Positions 1 through 14,394 of a DNA stretch of 64,000 nt are shown here, piece after piece. The first letter of the stretch is position 1; each line of letters starts with the position of its first letter. Under the pieces are notes generated by a model that did not search any database, was not told where the DNA came from, and saw nothing but the letters and a program-made list of their open reading frames with translations. The translations under genes were made by a program, and so were the position numbers. Source of the DNA: Takakia lepidozioides (lineage: Eukaryota; Plantae; Bryophyta); NCBI GenBank assembly GCA_030704615.1, contig CM060733.1, positions 56,606,001 through 56,670,000 on the forward strand, read 5' to 3'.

Positions 1-98
1 ATTTTCTCCTCTCCGTGACTTCACAAATTCTACATAAGGCTCACAATCTAGCCTATTCATGAATACATAACTTTGTGTTTGTCTGTTTGTTTTACAAT

Positions 99-1622
99 TT
101 CAACATGGCGATGGGTTCACTTAAGAATATTCTTTGATCCAAACTAAAGTTCAAGCATAATAGTCACTCCAGTCCGAAGATATGCAGTTATGAAAAATGC
201 TCTTTGTAGAGCAGAAGACCGTCATTTTCTCTCCAACTTTAACCCTTAAGTTCCCAAGCGACCTGAATCGGGTCACTATGAATTTGAGGTTCGACCTAAT
301 TTTTGCAGATCTAATCTGATGGGGCTCACTCCTGAAGCTTTAATGACAAGGGATTTGTCTCCGTATGATGCAAAAAACAAAACTAAAAAAAAACAAAAGC
401 TGCGACCTACCAAAAATATCTTAGATCTCATTTTTACGTTTTGGGCTGAAAAGGGCTTGTTGACCGCTGACATGGCAGGTAAACAAGCCCTAAACAGTTT
501 GCACTCCAAAGGCCATTTTTGGCAGAAAATTAGCAATTTTGGAAAAAGCACTTGTGGTGTGTGAGCATTACAACACATCCACCATTGGCTTTCAAAAAAT
601 TTGTAGAAAAAAAAGTACTTCATTTGGAGGCACATTTTCTCTTGTCAATTTTGAGATTTCAACCCCCATGTAATTGCATACATAGCAACCATAGGTGAAA
701 AAATCAGTTGGACCTGCAATTTAGTGGGGTCATAGCCACTCCACTATTGATTTGGAAATGGTGGGTCTTGGGGCAAGCAAAATTGGATAAAGCTAGGTTC
801 TGATTTGGTCAAACCAATTTCTTTTTCACTTTTTCTTTGGGACCTGATATTTGAGGTCTGGGCCAACGCTATAATCTCACAATTTCCACTGTGGACTTGG
901 CTCCTTTTTTGGTATGTCATGCATAAATGAGTTGGGCCCATTGCTATAAGGCTGGAATCTCTGGATGATTTTCGGTAGGTTTCTAGGGGCAATTTAGTGT
1001 AGCTGGGTACCCAAAATTGGTAAAATGTCAAAAAAGGGCTTGGGAACTTGAGGGTAAAAAAAAAAAAAAAGGGCCTGCACAAAGTTCGCAATCCAGTCTT
1101 TTCATAAATTCATTAGGGTAAGTTGGCCTTTGACCAAACAGGCGTCTATGACCGAACACCCCATTAACGCTTCTGTCAGCACCTACGACCATGCAGTGCT
1201 GGTCCCAAGACTGTCCATTTTTGCCATGTGGCAAACAATTGTTTGATAGAACCCCCCAAAAACTGCGATTGGTCATAGGGCTCTGCGTGCACACAAGCAT
1301 TCTGATTGGTTCGACTTTGAAAGCCTATAACTTTGTGTAAAATTCATGAAATCAAATGGTAGCCCCCATACGTGGGACACCTTACAAATTTTACCCGGGG
1401 TAAAAATGACAAGAATTCACCGTTGGATTTTTCACCATCCTCATAGGCCAACATACCCTACCTCATGTTTGTCCGTTCATTGTACAGTTTCAAGTTTCAA
1501 CATGGTGCTGGGTTCACTTAAGAATATTCTCTGATTAAGGCTAAATTTTGAGCAAAATTTACTCTAGTCACAAGGTATGCACCTATGAAACATGCTCTTT
1601 GTACATCAGAAGATAGTCATTT
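99..1622. repeat. Diverged ~130-bp direct repeat pair (99-228 and 1496-1622) in AT-rich sequence, probably an old DNA-transposon remnant
   Basis: TTCAACATGG.G.TGGGTTCACTTAAGAATATTCT.TGA...TATGAAA.ATGCTCTTTGTA...CAGAAGA..GTCATTT occurs at both positions. No credible ORF. Poly(A) run at ~1055-1070. Confidence 0.55.
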
Positions 1623-2874
1623 GGCATGACTTAAGAAGCTTATTCATAAATTCATAGCTTTGTTTCAGTTTTTTGTTTTTGTTTTATTTCAAAAACATAA
1701 AAAATTTCATGACCCATTTCTTAAAAGATAAAATAAAATAAAAGGAAATAAAACAGCAGCCATGGAGACCTGTGCTCCAATCCCAGCAGGCGCACTTCCT
1801 GCGAGCTAAAGCAAGGCTGTAGTATGGTTACATCACTCCCTAACCGCCATCTTTTGGTAAGAGCATTGCAAGCATTCAAAATCTCTAGTGGGAAATGTGA
1901 GCATGGAAGGCTGCGGCTTGTCCTTGCTGTGGCCGCACCACGCAGCCGCCGTCAATTCCATTTCAAGGTGCTCGCATCAACCTACCCTCTTGTTTCTATT
2001 TGCAATGGAGATCGATCCACATCCATGCTTGCTTGCTTGTTATCGGGCCCTTCATCTGTTTTACATGAGAAACCATAGACGGACCAGGAGCCCGAAAGCA
2101 ACAAGCCGACAGACATGACACTGTCGAGGCCACGCAAAATGGTTGATGACAACTGGTCCAGACACGTGAATTCATAAAATAGGTAGCAGAAGTAGATTGA
2201 CACGCTTCTGTAGCGATGATATTCCTACCTTGATTTCTTGCGGATTGCAAGCTGACAGTTTACATGCTACATGATCTGGAGTAAGTTATGAAACGCCAGT
2301 GTTGATGAGTACATTTGTCAGCTTTCAAAGCGCTGTGTAACAGTGTAACTTTATCTCGTTCCAAGCAACTTGTTCCAAGTTGTTTGGTTCAGAGCAAATC
2401 GCAAGGACAGCACTTATTACAGTTGTGGAGGAAACTAGTGCTAGATGCTTTTGTCATCCAACTGACGACGGGAGGGGAGAGAGGGGGGAAGGGGAACGTG
2501 TAGGTAACCTGATTTCCTGTAGCCTCTCCCCAGGGTAGGAACTATACTAGTTTTAGCGCCTATCATCGCTGGTTCCAATACCCTTCCATAATCAGTATCC
2601 GATGCAATTTGTTGGACAGTGATAGAGAATATATCACAAAAACTTTCAAATCAAACTTTGAAACAACCCTCCGGCCTCGTTCAAGACAGAGTAATGTAGA
2701 TTCGTAAGCGATCTTCTAGCTCAGATTGCTCTCGTCTCATCCCAAACCAAAAAAAAGCTTCTAATTTGCTGATCTCAGAGGTCCAGTACTGGGTATTGTA
2801 ATCTTCGAGCCCTTCTTCCAGCTCCTTTTCATCCTGCACAACCAAGGGTCACTAATTTGCTGATGATGTGGTAG

Positions 2875-5491
2875 CCAACCGCAGCTCTCTAGCAGCCGAG
2901 ATAGAGAGCAACACATGCCCTATATGTTTTGAGCTCATGAAATCCCCCGACTACTCACCCATGCTCCTTTCTCCCTGCGGCCATACATTCTGTGCCAAGG
3001 TCTTTTCTGACACCATTATCTTTGCACAGTGAACCATTGTCTTACCTACATGTCGTGAGAAGTTTTGTATTTCTAAATTAGGTCTGCTATGGTCGTTTCT
3101 GGCAGGTTGGTGATTAGCGAACAACTCCATGATCTTGCTAAGTCTGTTTTTAAATTTCTTTCCCAGATGTTGCAATGTCAACTTCCTTTCAGTTCCTGTT
3201 TCGAGCCTCTGTTGGCAGAACAGATAACATGACCTTTAGGTATTCTTTCAAATTAGCCATATAATTAAAGTCAGATCTCTCTCACACGCACCGCTTTATC
3301 TTCTAAGGAGGGACAGAAGAATGTACCCATAAGACGTTGCTTGCCGGAGCCTTGTGGCCATAGACCCTGGGCCCGGAGGCGAGAGAAAGAGGGACTGATA
3401 TCTTGTGTCACAGTGTGTGGCTGTGCATACAGCAGTTCATCGAAAGAAGGCGCGCATTGAAGGGGGCCCTGTTGGTCCACCCCCCTGTCCGTATTGCCGT
3501 CAAAAGATCTTGTCCCAGACTTTGAATATTTCCTTGCAGAGAATGATCACCAATATCCTGTCCTTACAAAAGACGTTGCAGCAAGCAGACGTGGAGAGGG
3601 TTGGGTTCTCAGAGAGGCACTCTCAAGCTCAGATACGGTGCCAGATATTGCATGACGGAAGGCAGGAAACTAGCAAAACCAAGCAAGTAAGATCCAATTA
3701 CACCTTCATAAGAATGTACTAGCCACTAACCTACTCTCTCTCTCTCTTGAGTGGCCTCCTCAATATGTGACCTGCAATGTGTCATGCAGACTGGGTTACA
3801 TAAGTAGCGCTGGAATCGACGTAATAATTCTAGTTAATGCCAGCCCCTACATCCGCACTCACTCCCTGTGTCGTGGTTTTTTTCAAGCAATGAGATTTAG
3901 GATCTATACCTGTTAGATGGAAACCCCATGACCAGATCTGAAAGGTCTAGCAATGGGAAGGCACTATACCTCAATGTTATATGACATTGGCAAATTCACG
4001 AGGAACAACCATAAGAATTTCCGTTGCTGCTGTCAATGGTTTGTGTTTTGTCAACACATCCTGGCCTTGAAAAACAAGGTGTAGCAAGGTGGCATGGAGA
4101 GGCTGAATTGTCTGGCCCAGCTCTCACTGGCACAGTTGCAGTGCCAAATTTTGCAAGGCACACTGTTGGATATCAGGAACACCCAACAGTGAGGTCGGCA
4201 TTTCAGCTTCTGGGAGAGCTACTCACTTTTCCCTTTCCTCCTCCCTTTTCCATGACAGTGTGATTGGCAGTCCAGCAACAGTTGTTTGTTAAGTGTGTCT
4301 TGCGCAAATGGCTACATTACAGTGCCGAAATAAGTTCCACTAAACTAATGTCAATGCCAGCCTTTGGAATCAACACTCAATCACCCATGATTGGCATAAC
4401 TGAGCAGTGTCTCCTTTCGTATCAGGGTGGGGGACAACCGTGTAAATGGCTAAGAGCATCTACAGGGCCATGCTTGAAGCATACATCGCATCAAATGTTC
4501 ACTGCTAACAATCAAAGAGTACATCATGGTTTTAGTTTGAAATATTTGGATGCCTATGATTGGTTGATGCAGAGACTGGAAGGGGAGCTGGCAGCAACTA
4601 ACCGCATATTGGAGCAGTTGCAATTGAAGCAAAAAGATGCTCAAGAGAGGCTTCAAATGGTAATACTTGCCTGCAAAATGAGGATTGTTAGGGCTAATCT
4701 AATGAGCTTTCAAAGAGGAGAAACCTCACTCAGAGGTATGGGTTAACCCAAAGTCAGGTCTGTTTGAGCACGTCATGGTATAGCAGTTTACAGTTGCCAA
4801 CAAGACAACTATACATAAACTTTGACCAAGTCCCATGATTTTAGTTCCAAAGAGTCTTGTCATGGGGTGCAGCCAAGTTGTTAGAAGTGGCAAAGGTCCA
4901 TGTAAGTTTGGATATTCCTGTCTCTCATTGTTCATGTAATTGGAATGGGGTGGCCATGGGGTGAAGTGGCTCTTAGTTACACTGGTTTTGGCCAGAGTCT
5001 TCTTTCTCTATGATCGGAAAGGGACTAACATTGTGGTGGTGGCAGGTGAAGTTGGAGCATCAAATGGTGGTGTCTGAAGTGCAGGACACAGAAAGTAAAC
5101 TAGCTATGCTGCAAAGGGCTCACGCAGAAACTATTGCCAAAAGTAATCTCATCCAAGCTTCTCTGTTTGCTCTGGAAGGGGTACAATCCATCTCTTCATG
5201 GACTTGTTAGCATTGCTGCATTATGTTCAACTATATCCAATCAATGAATGTGTTATTTAGATCAGAATTGTCAGACTTGGTCATTTCTCGAAAGGCAAGC
5301 TCGTCATGGAAATTTGTGTGCCACTGTTCGTAGCTTGATCACACATCTAAAGGTCCCAATCATGAGCCACAAGTATGACAAATCATGGTATTTTGATTAG
5401 CTCCATTAATGAACTGTGGCAGGAGCGTGACAAGTTGAGATTGCTGTTGCAAGATTGGGTTGGCATTGGAGATGACTGTCATTCAGTTTAG
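2875..5491 (+). CDS. C3HC4 RING-finger plus coiled-coil protein (putative E3 ubiquitin ligase), spliced; 5' exon(s) unresolved (possible exon ~2523-2703 and further upstream)
   Basis: Exons 2875-2999, 3414-3686, 4573-4659, 5046-5180 and 5423-5491 have GT-AG borders. They join to CPICFELMKSPDYSPMLLSPCGHTFCAK/CVAVH...PCPYCRQKI, followed by heptad-rich coiled-coil exons. Stop TAG at 5489-5491. Confidence 0.8.
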
Positions 5492-6968
5492 TACTAAGGT
5501 GCTCAAGCTTATGAGTTGAGAGCAGTCTTCATGGAATGCACAGTAAGGCATCCATTTGGTGGGTGTTGTGCAAACCCTCAAGGAGGCATGCTCTACATCC
5601 CTAGCAATCCTTGGGGTCTGGGTTGTAATGCACATTTTACAATTGTTCTGGTGACAGAGGTGAAACAAATACATTCAGTTAAGGACACACTCTGAAAGAG
5701 GAAAGGCAACCTCTCTTTCTCTCACTTGTTTCCGTCCAAACTGGCTGCGAGGTCTATGGCCACAAGGTTGCGGCAAACGAAGTCTTATGAATACATTCTC
5801 TCTCTTTAGTCAGGAAAGGGGGGAATGCCTTTCTATGCTGGAATCACTTGTAGCTGTCCAGCGAGCAGATCCCTGGGGGCCAATAGAGGATGTTGGTTTC
5901 TATTTGCACACGCTTGAATCAGGATCAAAGCAAAAGGCAAGCTGAGTTAATGGAAATACAAAAAGTTTGGAACTCGGTAGATGTGGAGTTTACTAAAATG
6001 AAAATGCTTTGGAAAGTGTGGCAAAGTTTGTATATAATTTAGAAAAGAGAGTTACCCAAACTTGGATCATGCACAAAGATATGACACCAATGATGGGGCT
6101 GTGGATCAGTAGGGCATAACATTCTCCATACTACAGTATTTGGTCTCTTCTGGTAAATAGAATGGTGATGCCAGCATGTCACAGAGGAAGAGTAGACTTG
6201 GACTCTTGCTCATACACATCTACAGCCTTAGAAATCATTTTGGGATCCAGGTCAAAAGGAGGAGCAACAGACAGTTGACCAGTACAGATCAGTAAGGAAA
6301 AAAGTAAGATAAAATCACCTACTTTTTTATAGATGCTTCCCTGAGAATGTGTTGCAAAAATGTGGACAGCCAATGTTGGAGTGCACAGAGTTAGCAACGC
6401 AGAATTTGTGAATTAAGGTTCTCAAAAACCATGGGCATGACTTTCTTGAACAACTTTGCACGCTGATCACATGCACGTACCCACACGTCCGATTCATTTA
6501 TCATGCATTCATTGCAATCGTATCTTGTGATGACCTCTCAATATGTTTCCTGTTCAACAATGCAGGTTGCTTTTGTGGGTCCCCCACAGTGAATGAAGTG
6601 ATTGTATTTGACACATTATGTACTTTGTGAAGCAGCATCAACAGCTGCAAGTTGGTAGTTAGCATTTTGCCTCTAAAGTATGACCACAGATCCATAGATT
6701 GCTACTAGGTTCCCTCTTTCATTCAGACATTGAAAGCCAAACGTTTAAAGTCCTGCTTTGAAGTCAAAAGTTGTAAGAGAAAAACAGCTCAGCTCTGTTG
6801 AGGTTGCTGCGACACTCTCCCTCTTTACCTTTTTTCTAATCCTTTTCACCTGTCTTTCATGTGTTCACTCCTCCCCACCCTACTGCTGGTTCAAGTTTAT
6901 ACCAAGTTCAAATTTGAAGTATTCAAGACAAACATTTCTACTATCAGGGAACTAGAAATATGTTGACC

Positions 6969-8528
6969 CTAGGAACTTTCAAGCAGGTTGTCGAGATAGA
7001 GGTTCAAAAAGTAGCGACCTGTTGACTGCACATCTAGCCTTTTCTGACTAGGTTCATATTTGCCCCTTCGTAACTGGTACTGATATGTTACGCCTGACAC
7101 AATGTAGGGCTCCCCCTTCACTTCCACCGTCTCTCCACATTGTGTGTTCTGCACTCAGATGGACCAGAGAATGAAAATTTGACACCGTGATACAACCAAA
7201 CAAAAAAACAATCAGCAACACCCAGTGACAACATTCGATATGTAAGAGCTCCAGAGCACAATCTTCCATGCCGCACAATTTCACTCACAAACACTTCCAT
7301 ATCCTGAACCATTGTTCACTTTGGTGAATGACAAATTTAGCATCCCCTTAATTCCACTGCAACTATTGTGAAGTGAGAACATTCCAACGGCCACTTACAA
7401 TGTGACTAGGCCAGAGCTGTTGCACAATGGTTTCTTGAAGAAATTGGGAGCACCTAGGCACATATTGTGGTTTGAACCCTACATAATGATCACAGGAGCA
7501 CATCTCACCGGAGGTAGGCTATGAATGCCCAAATGCCGGGGTGGTGGCGTGACAACTGTAACATGATATGGCAGAGACTCCCGATCTCCCCGCTCCCTCT
7601 TTTTGCACAATACTTGAAATCCCTTCAGGTGCACCCATCCCGTGGAACCATCAACACCAATCAACTTGTGCCACATTTAGTTTATTCGGTCTCTACTGTT
7701 GAGAGTATCCTAAGGCAGAATTGGCCAATGGACACTGTCCTTTGGACAGCCCCCATTCCAGCGAAAAGCCTTGCCCTTCTTCTATAGGACACTCATTTGT
7801 TCATCAGTCACTCTTGACTAATCTCTGTTGAGTGCCATCCATGTGAAGGCTGGCTAGGATGTACCCTTCAGGGCATAATCCCCACAACAACTAACCCTCC
7901 CAGAGCCAGGGTAAACAACTGAGGCCAACCTCAATGTCCCGCCAGTGAGAACCGTAGCCATCCACAATCATGTGACGGAAGAGCTTCACTTAACTGGCAT
8001 CGACATTCATACTGGGGAGTATAGGAGTATTTCCAGTTCTGCTTCTGTGCCCCCCTGTGTGACACAGTTTGGCTGTCACACACACTTGAGGGTGTATTCC
8101 CTCGTTAAGGGATACTAACCCTCCCAGGGTCTGTAGTGGGTTTCCAGCATACCAGGCCATATGAGACTCAACCCAAGATTGCCATCGCCCTAGGCCACGG
8201 ACGACGGTAACTATAATTTCTTGTGATGGAACTGACATTACCCTATAATGGATGAGGTCGATTCCATCACTACTCCTTTATAGCTTCTGCTGCAATGTGA
8301 CACATGTTGCTTTGGTTGCGCTTCCACTCACACTGTTGAGAGCAAGAGGGCACCATGAACGAGAGAGAGAATTCAAACTAGATTTCCATCGCGAGGTAGA
8401 GGTAGTAGAATCTACCAACTTACTAAAGCAGGGGTACAAGCTGGACTTCGCGGTCGTTGGAGCTGAGAAAGAAAAGCCCCGCTCAATCCCGTCTCTGCAG
8501 CATATGGGTGGCGCAAACTGCAGGCCAT
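6969..8528 (-). CDS. Small conserved protein of unknown function, probably plastid-targeted; at least 3 exons
   Basis: Exon 1 (8528-8424) MACSLRHPYAAETGLSGAFLSQLQRPRSPACTPAL is transit-peptide-like and ends at GTAAGT. Exon 2 (~7620-7510) reads ...ESLPYHVTVVTPPPRHLGIHSLPP. Exon 3 (~7148-6969) reads NTQCGETVEVKGEPYIVSGVTYQYQLRRGKYEPSQKRLDVQSTGRYFLNLYLDNLLESS*. Confidence 0.75.
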
Positions 8529-8919
8529 GGACAGCTCGCCAATGTTCCCTCTCCTGCTCGACGCTCAATCACAACGAATCTTCTCGCATTCTTTGAGTTG
8601 GGTCCAACGATCTGACCGAATTGCGTAGGCAACCAGACTACAGAGACTAGAGACAGGCTGCTCTGGAGAAACGAGAACAGGTTCCCGTTCTAAAAACTGC
8701 ATTGGGAACGTGCTACCTCAAATTAGGGTTACGGTGATCATTTGTTGAAGGGCTTTCAGTAAGGCTGGTGTTCTTGTCTGTTTGTGAGATGCTGTCTCAC
8801 GACATTTTTGGGCTTCATATGTCTGTGAGGTTTTAGACTCTGCAAGTACTCAGTGACCACAAATTGATTGCTAAGTGGATGCTCCTTTGTCAGGCAGTTA
8901 GGGCTTTCTGGCAGCACCA

Positions 8920-11900
8920 ATGTTGTCTGCGAAGAGACCAGGGGAGGACGATTTGGCACTGGTGGAGCTCAAGCGGCAGCGTACAGATGGAACGACAGTT
9001 CCTGGAACTGGTGGTCCGCTGCGGCTATCGGTCACCAGTGAGGTTAGTCGTCCCTGCTTATGTCAGATTTTGAAGTAGTCATTCACGGTTTTGTGCCCTC
9101 TAAGGTTTGGTTGTTTTGAGCATTACATTTGTAAGATTACACTCCTGGGAGTCATCTGAATCAATAAGGCTGAAGAAATATTCTTGGTGCGCAGCAAGGA
9201 AAGCAATACTGTGGCTGAAGTTGCACAATCTCTCTTGCTAAAATGAGATTTTGTTATGTGCATTTTGTGCCACTTGGCTGCTTAGACAAGGTCCTGTCAT
9301 GTTGTGGAAGCTGTTGTTGCACTGGGAGGATTACACCAGTTTTGGTAGGTTTGTCCGATCATGGCGTGATAAACATAAAGCAGTCGGAGCTGTGAGCTAT
9401 TTCTCCTGGGCATCATTCGGCCCACCTATTGCAAGGCTAGTTGGGGGAACAGGGTGCCACCATAACTCCACTACTCAACGGTCTTTAGTAGTTAATGTAT
9501 CCCTTGGATTTACCATTTCATCTTATTAGGATTTAACAATCCTGCATTGGTGAAATGTCTCAATGTCCCAATAGCATTAGATTTGTTGACTTGAAAGTCC
9601 AAGTTTGGTTGTTCACGTTGGCAGCTGTGAAACTCAATACGGTGCTCTAGTGATGCCGGCTTCTGACTTCTGGCTCCTGGCTATTTCTGACCGGTTTGGT
9701 TAACATAAAATGCATACTCACTTGTCCACCATAGAAAAGTGAGGGGTTAACTAGGAGGTGCAGCAAGTTCTCTGGATATCAATTTGTTTTTATGAAAAGG
9801 CTAAGTAGCAGACCAGCCCATTCTTAGCTGGTAGCTGATAGAGATGAAATTTGATACTGAAGTAAAGTATGTTTTCTCTTAAATGCAGGGGGTGCGGAGG
9901 ACATCCAGTCTTGATGGACCGATTATGGTTCTTACAGGCCATGGGGTGGGTGTTTTTTCCTTGTTGGATTTGTCGGGTTTGTTTTGTAATATAATTGTAG
10001 AATTTGGTTCCTCTAGTCATGGTTTCACAGCTCAAGGCGCACATTAATGCTGGTTTCGTAAGTGACCAAGCACATATCTGAGCCCTCACCGCAATTCTTG
10101 AAGCAGCTGAAAAACTTTGTGCTACCAAGTAGTCAGTGGTTTTTGAGAACTAGCATGACATTTGAACAATTGGACTATTTGGTATTATGCTGGCGATCTC
10201 TGGTTGATTTCTGTGACCACTAGTCCTTAGGTTCAGGAAATCTTAAAAGGATTAGCGGTGGAGATGCAAAGTTCGACGAGTTGGAAACTAGACCTGTCCT
10301 CTACCTCCTAGAGATATTGACAGATAGCTTCTAGCACAAGCAGCAGTACAAAAACTGACAGCCTAAACCAACCAAAGAGTTAGTACTAACAAGAAGTGTC
10401 AGTCCTAACAAGAATGCTCCTTACTGCAAAAGAAAAAACTTACAAAAGTAGATGCTGGACTTCTCCTCTCTCTGCAATCTACTAGGATAGCACATCCAAA
10501 ATGCTAGAAGAAGTGCTGGGCATTGCCTCAGCCTTTCCCTTAAATCCTACATGGGTTTTCTAGAAACTCTAGTGGAAACATGGGCTGGAACCTTCTGGTA
10601 GAACTATCCCTAGCCGTCAAAAAACCCTAACAGAATCCTAGCTAACTAAATCTGTGCTGACTTCTAACACGACGGACAGATTGGCAGATGAGTGGCCTCG
10701 GATTTCTAACTTTTTATATTGGGTTGGGATCTGCAGAGTGCTGTGTACACGATGAAGTTCAACCCTCAGGGCACAGCAATTGCCTCTGGATCACATGATA
10801 AAGACATCTGTATGTATTCTGCTTAGTAATAGTATCATTGCACTTTCGTTTGCAGATTCATGCACGTGCATAATATAAACGAAGACTGGCCTGTGCTAAG
10901 GAATTTGGCTCTCTTCTATCCTGGACTACCTGACTACTATGCTGCAGGAGAACACAGCAAGTGTGGAGAGGGATGACCAGAAGGAGGGCTTGGAGATATG
11001 TTGGGAACTGAGAGGAGTGATGTGAAGATGTGGGCTTGGGACTCGCTTCTGTATCTGTGTACCGTGGTTGCTGTGCTTGGAGGAATCAGAAAGGGATTAA
11101 AGGAGAGTAGATTTGGGGCCACTGACATAATGGGGTCAAGCCTTTAAAGAATGTTTCTTCTGGCTATTTATATTTCCTCTATAAAGCTCTTTACCATGGC
11201 ATGAACTCGGTGTTAAATCTCATCTAAAAGAAGAGAGAGGGAAAGACCGCGTATACATGCTCACATCTTTGCAAGCCTTTGACTAGGTTTGGGATTGGTG
11301 GCAGTTTTGTGGAATGTGCAAGGTGAATGTGAGAATTTTATGGTTCTGAAGGGGCACCGCAATGCTGTTCTGGATCTGTGCTGGACTACTGACGGGGCTC
11401 ATATAATATCAGCCAGCCCTGACAAAACTGTCCGTGCATGGGATGCATCCACAGGCAGACAGGTATGTGGTTTGCTTTGTTGGCTGCCCTTGTCTTCTTT
11501 GTTTCTGCAAGTAACAGCTTCTGGTCTCAGCTCATACCGAAGGACGATTGACCTGTTGACCCTATAAGACCTGCTGGATGCGTACCAGCTTCTGAGGGCT
11601 GTTGAAAACAGTCAACGTGAGTCGATCTCAGCTTAAACTTTTTCTTAGCTGTCATAACATTGTTGTTGATTGCTACATCTGTCTTGGGGTCTGTCCATTT
11701 AGGCACTTCTTGTCACACTGTCCAGACTAAGGTTGTGACAGTGTATTGGGCTGAGTACATCTTCACAAGCAAACTGGATTTCAACCAGAATTGGAACCCA
11801 CTGCTGACCACGTGTCACCCACAGAAAGCTGGACCAAAGTCAGGAATATAACATCGTGTCAGCACCTTGCAGATCAAATGGAGAGGGACAACAGAGTAGT

Positions 11901-13751
11901 CTAATGGTAGGGTTTTTTAAATGGCCTGGGGCTTAGCATAGAGTCCTACTTTCAGGGGGAAAAGCAGTATTTGGTATTGCTTCAGAGTGTTGTAGGTCTG
12001 ATTCTGATATTCTGGGTTCCTAGCTTTCCCGTCTTGATGGTATGTGCTGGTGATTCTTGCAGATCAAGAAAATGGCAGAGCATTCTTCGTTTGTCAACAG
12101 TTGTTGCCCTGCTCGTAGGGGACCTCCGCTCATAGTTAGTGGTTCAGATGATGGAACTGCCAAACTGTGGGACATGAGACATCGTGGCTGCCTTCAGACT
12201 TTTCCGGACAAATACCAGGTACTTAGTGTCATTCCTGACTTGCTGTGGATGAATGCATTTTTCTTTCTCTCTCTCTTCCTTCCAACTCCGCTCAAACTGG
12301 GCGCGGGGTCAATGGCCAGAAGGCTACGGCAAACAAAGACTATTCTCTTCCTTCCAACCTCCCACAACAATACCTTATCTTTGACCTGTGATTGAAAATG
12401 TGTGGTGGGTGTTGGGCAGATAACAGCAGTTGGGTTTTCGGATGCCGCTGACAAAATTTACACAGGAGGGATTGACAATGAGATCAAAGTGTGGGACCTT
12501 CGCAAGAATGAAGTGGCAATGAGATTACAGGGGCACACGGAAACCATTACCAGCATGCAGCTCAGCCCCGATGGCTCTTACTTGCTTACGAACTCCATGG
12601 ATTGCACTCTGAGAATTTGGGATATGCGGCCCTATGCACCACAAGTAACTTCTCTATAGACCATTAGAATGCCCTCCACCCACCCCAACTTAAACCTTTT
12701 TTCCCTTTCCATCGGATGCTTGGGCTCTCTCTATGTCAATCACACATGCACGGAAAGTTTGTCTGTCTGTCTGGTTCTCATTCGGTTGTTTTCTCGATGC
12801 CTACTTATTTGTCATTGTGGTTGTATTTCCCTGGTATCAGAATTTGCCTTTTGCTCTAGGCAACTTCCAGTCTGGAATGGATGTGCATTACCACATCATG
12901 AAATCTGTTTCAATGGCTGGTAGATCTTATATTCCAAATTGCTAACATTCAAAATCTACAGAAAGTCATACACTGATGTGGTGGCGGCTTCTGTGTTTTA
13001 GAACCACGGAGTTTTGTGACCTGTTGCCACCTGTGTGCAGAACCGGTGCGTGAAGATCTTTACTGGGCATCAACACAACTTTGAAAAACACCTGCTCAAA
13101 TGTAATTGGTCCCCAGATGGCAGCAAGGTGACTGCTGGTAGTGCTGACCGGATGGTGTATATATGGGATACGACCTCTCGGAGAATTTTATATAAGGTAA
13201 AAGGTTTACTCATTCATAGCAAGTGGAGGAGGCATTGTGTGTGAAGGAGCAGTTTTCTAGTTTTTGATCATGTTCAGGTGCCCAGACATTCACATTTAAC
13301 CAAGACTGCACAAGTTTGTGTTAAGTAGGGTTGGGTGTTGCTAGATGAATAAATCTTTGGGTTTAATTGCTGTAGGCATTAGTAGGTGGTTACATCATCA
13401 GGAAAATATATGCTACAAAATCCCATCAACGCATCTCAACTCCATACCTGTTTTTGCAACAGAAGTGTTCTACGGGGTGGGGTGTACGGGAGGTCCTGCC
13501 CCCAAGGGCTTCCTTCCAGAGTGCACTGGATATATCCTCTTGCATGAAATGTTGTGTAGCAGGGGGCGTATAAACATATGTAGCCTCTAACTCCATCAGC
13601 TCAATGATGTGTGTATATTTTGTGGTTGCAGCTTCCAGGTCACACCGGCTCTGTCAATGAATCCGTATTTCATCCAAAAGAGCCCATTATTGGGTCATGT
13701 GGCAGTGACAAACAGATTTTCTTGGGGGAAATTGACCCTCTTGTCCGGTAG
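8920..13751 (+). CDS. SNRNP40: U5 snRNP 40 kDa WD40-repeat protein, 8 coding exons
   Basis: Spliced exons give RTSSLDGPIMVLTGHG/SAVYTMKFNPQGTAIASGSHDKDI/LWNVQGECENFMVLKGHRNAVLDL.../HSSFVNSCCPARRGPPLIVSGSDDGTAKLWD/.../RIWDMRPYAPQ/NRCVKIFTGHQHNFEKHLLKCNWS/LPGHTGSVNESVFHPKEPIIGSCGSDKQIFLGEI, diagnostic of SNRNP40/WDR57. Stop at 13749-13751. Confidence 0.95.
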
Positions 13752-14394
13752 ATATCTGGGTAGACTAGTGGGCTTGACTACTTATCGAAGGTTGGAACCC
13801 CAGAGGTAGACCTAAATGTTTGCTTTGACTCGTCTGAGAACCAGAGCTGACTGTTTTCAGCATGAGATGGCTGAAGTATTTCACGGTAGAAATTATCTCC
13901 ATGGAGTTTGCACAGATCGTTTTCCATGGTATGCTGGACATGAATGAATTCACCAGTAGATGAAACAAAAAGTGAACTAGGAACCTGTGTGCGAACTTGC
14001 GGAGTAAGTTACGATAGAAAGACTAGTGTTGAGGAATGGACACCTCACTGGTCAATGACAAGGTCAACACATGTGGGCATGGATGAGAAACAACATGCAA
14101 TACCCAAGGGTGGGGTTCTGATAGGATCTATAATTATTGCTAGGTGGCTGGCATGTTGGGTGGATACCCAGGTGTTGGAGTCTAATGCAAAAGAAGGTGG
14201 GTGCACTGCATGGCCAAGTCTTACATGGATTTGAGTGTTGGCTGGCAGGTGTTGGATAAAGCACCTTTTTGGCATGCAACAAAAGTAAAACAATTCTACA
14301 TTTCTACTGTTTGCTTGCCCCCAATTGCCACCCATGCAGCCCGCCCTCGCGACATATGTAAAGTTTCGCTTGACCGTCCAATAAGAGGGATCGT

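Noticed and set aside
6179-6397. Minus-strand 72-aa ORF that might be an extra exon
   Set aside because: The upstream gene already terminates at 6969 and no homology is recognised.
10212-10669. LTR-like segment ending CTAACA in SNRNP40 intron 2
   Set aside because: No matching TSD or second terminus could be identified.
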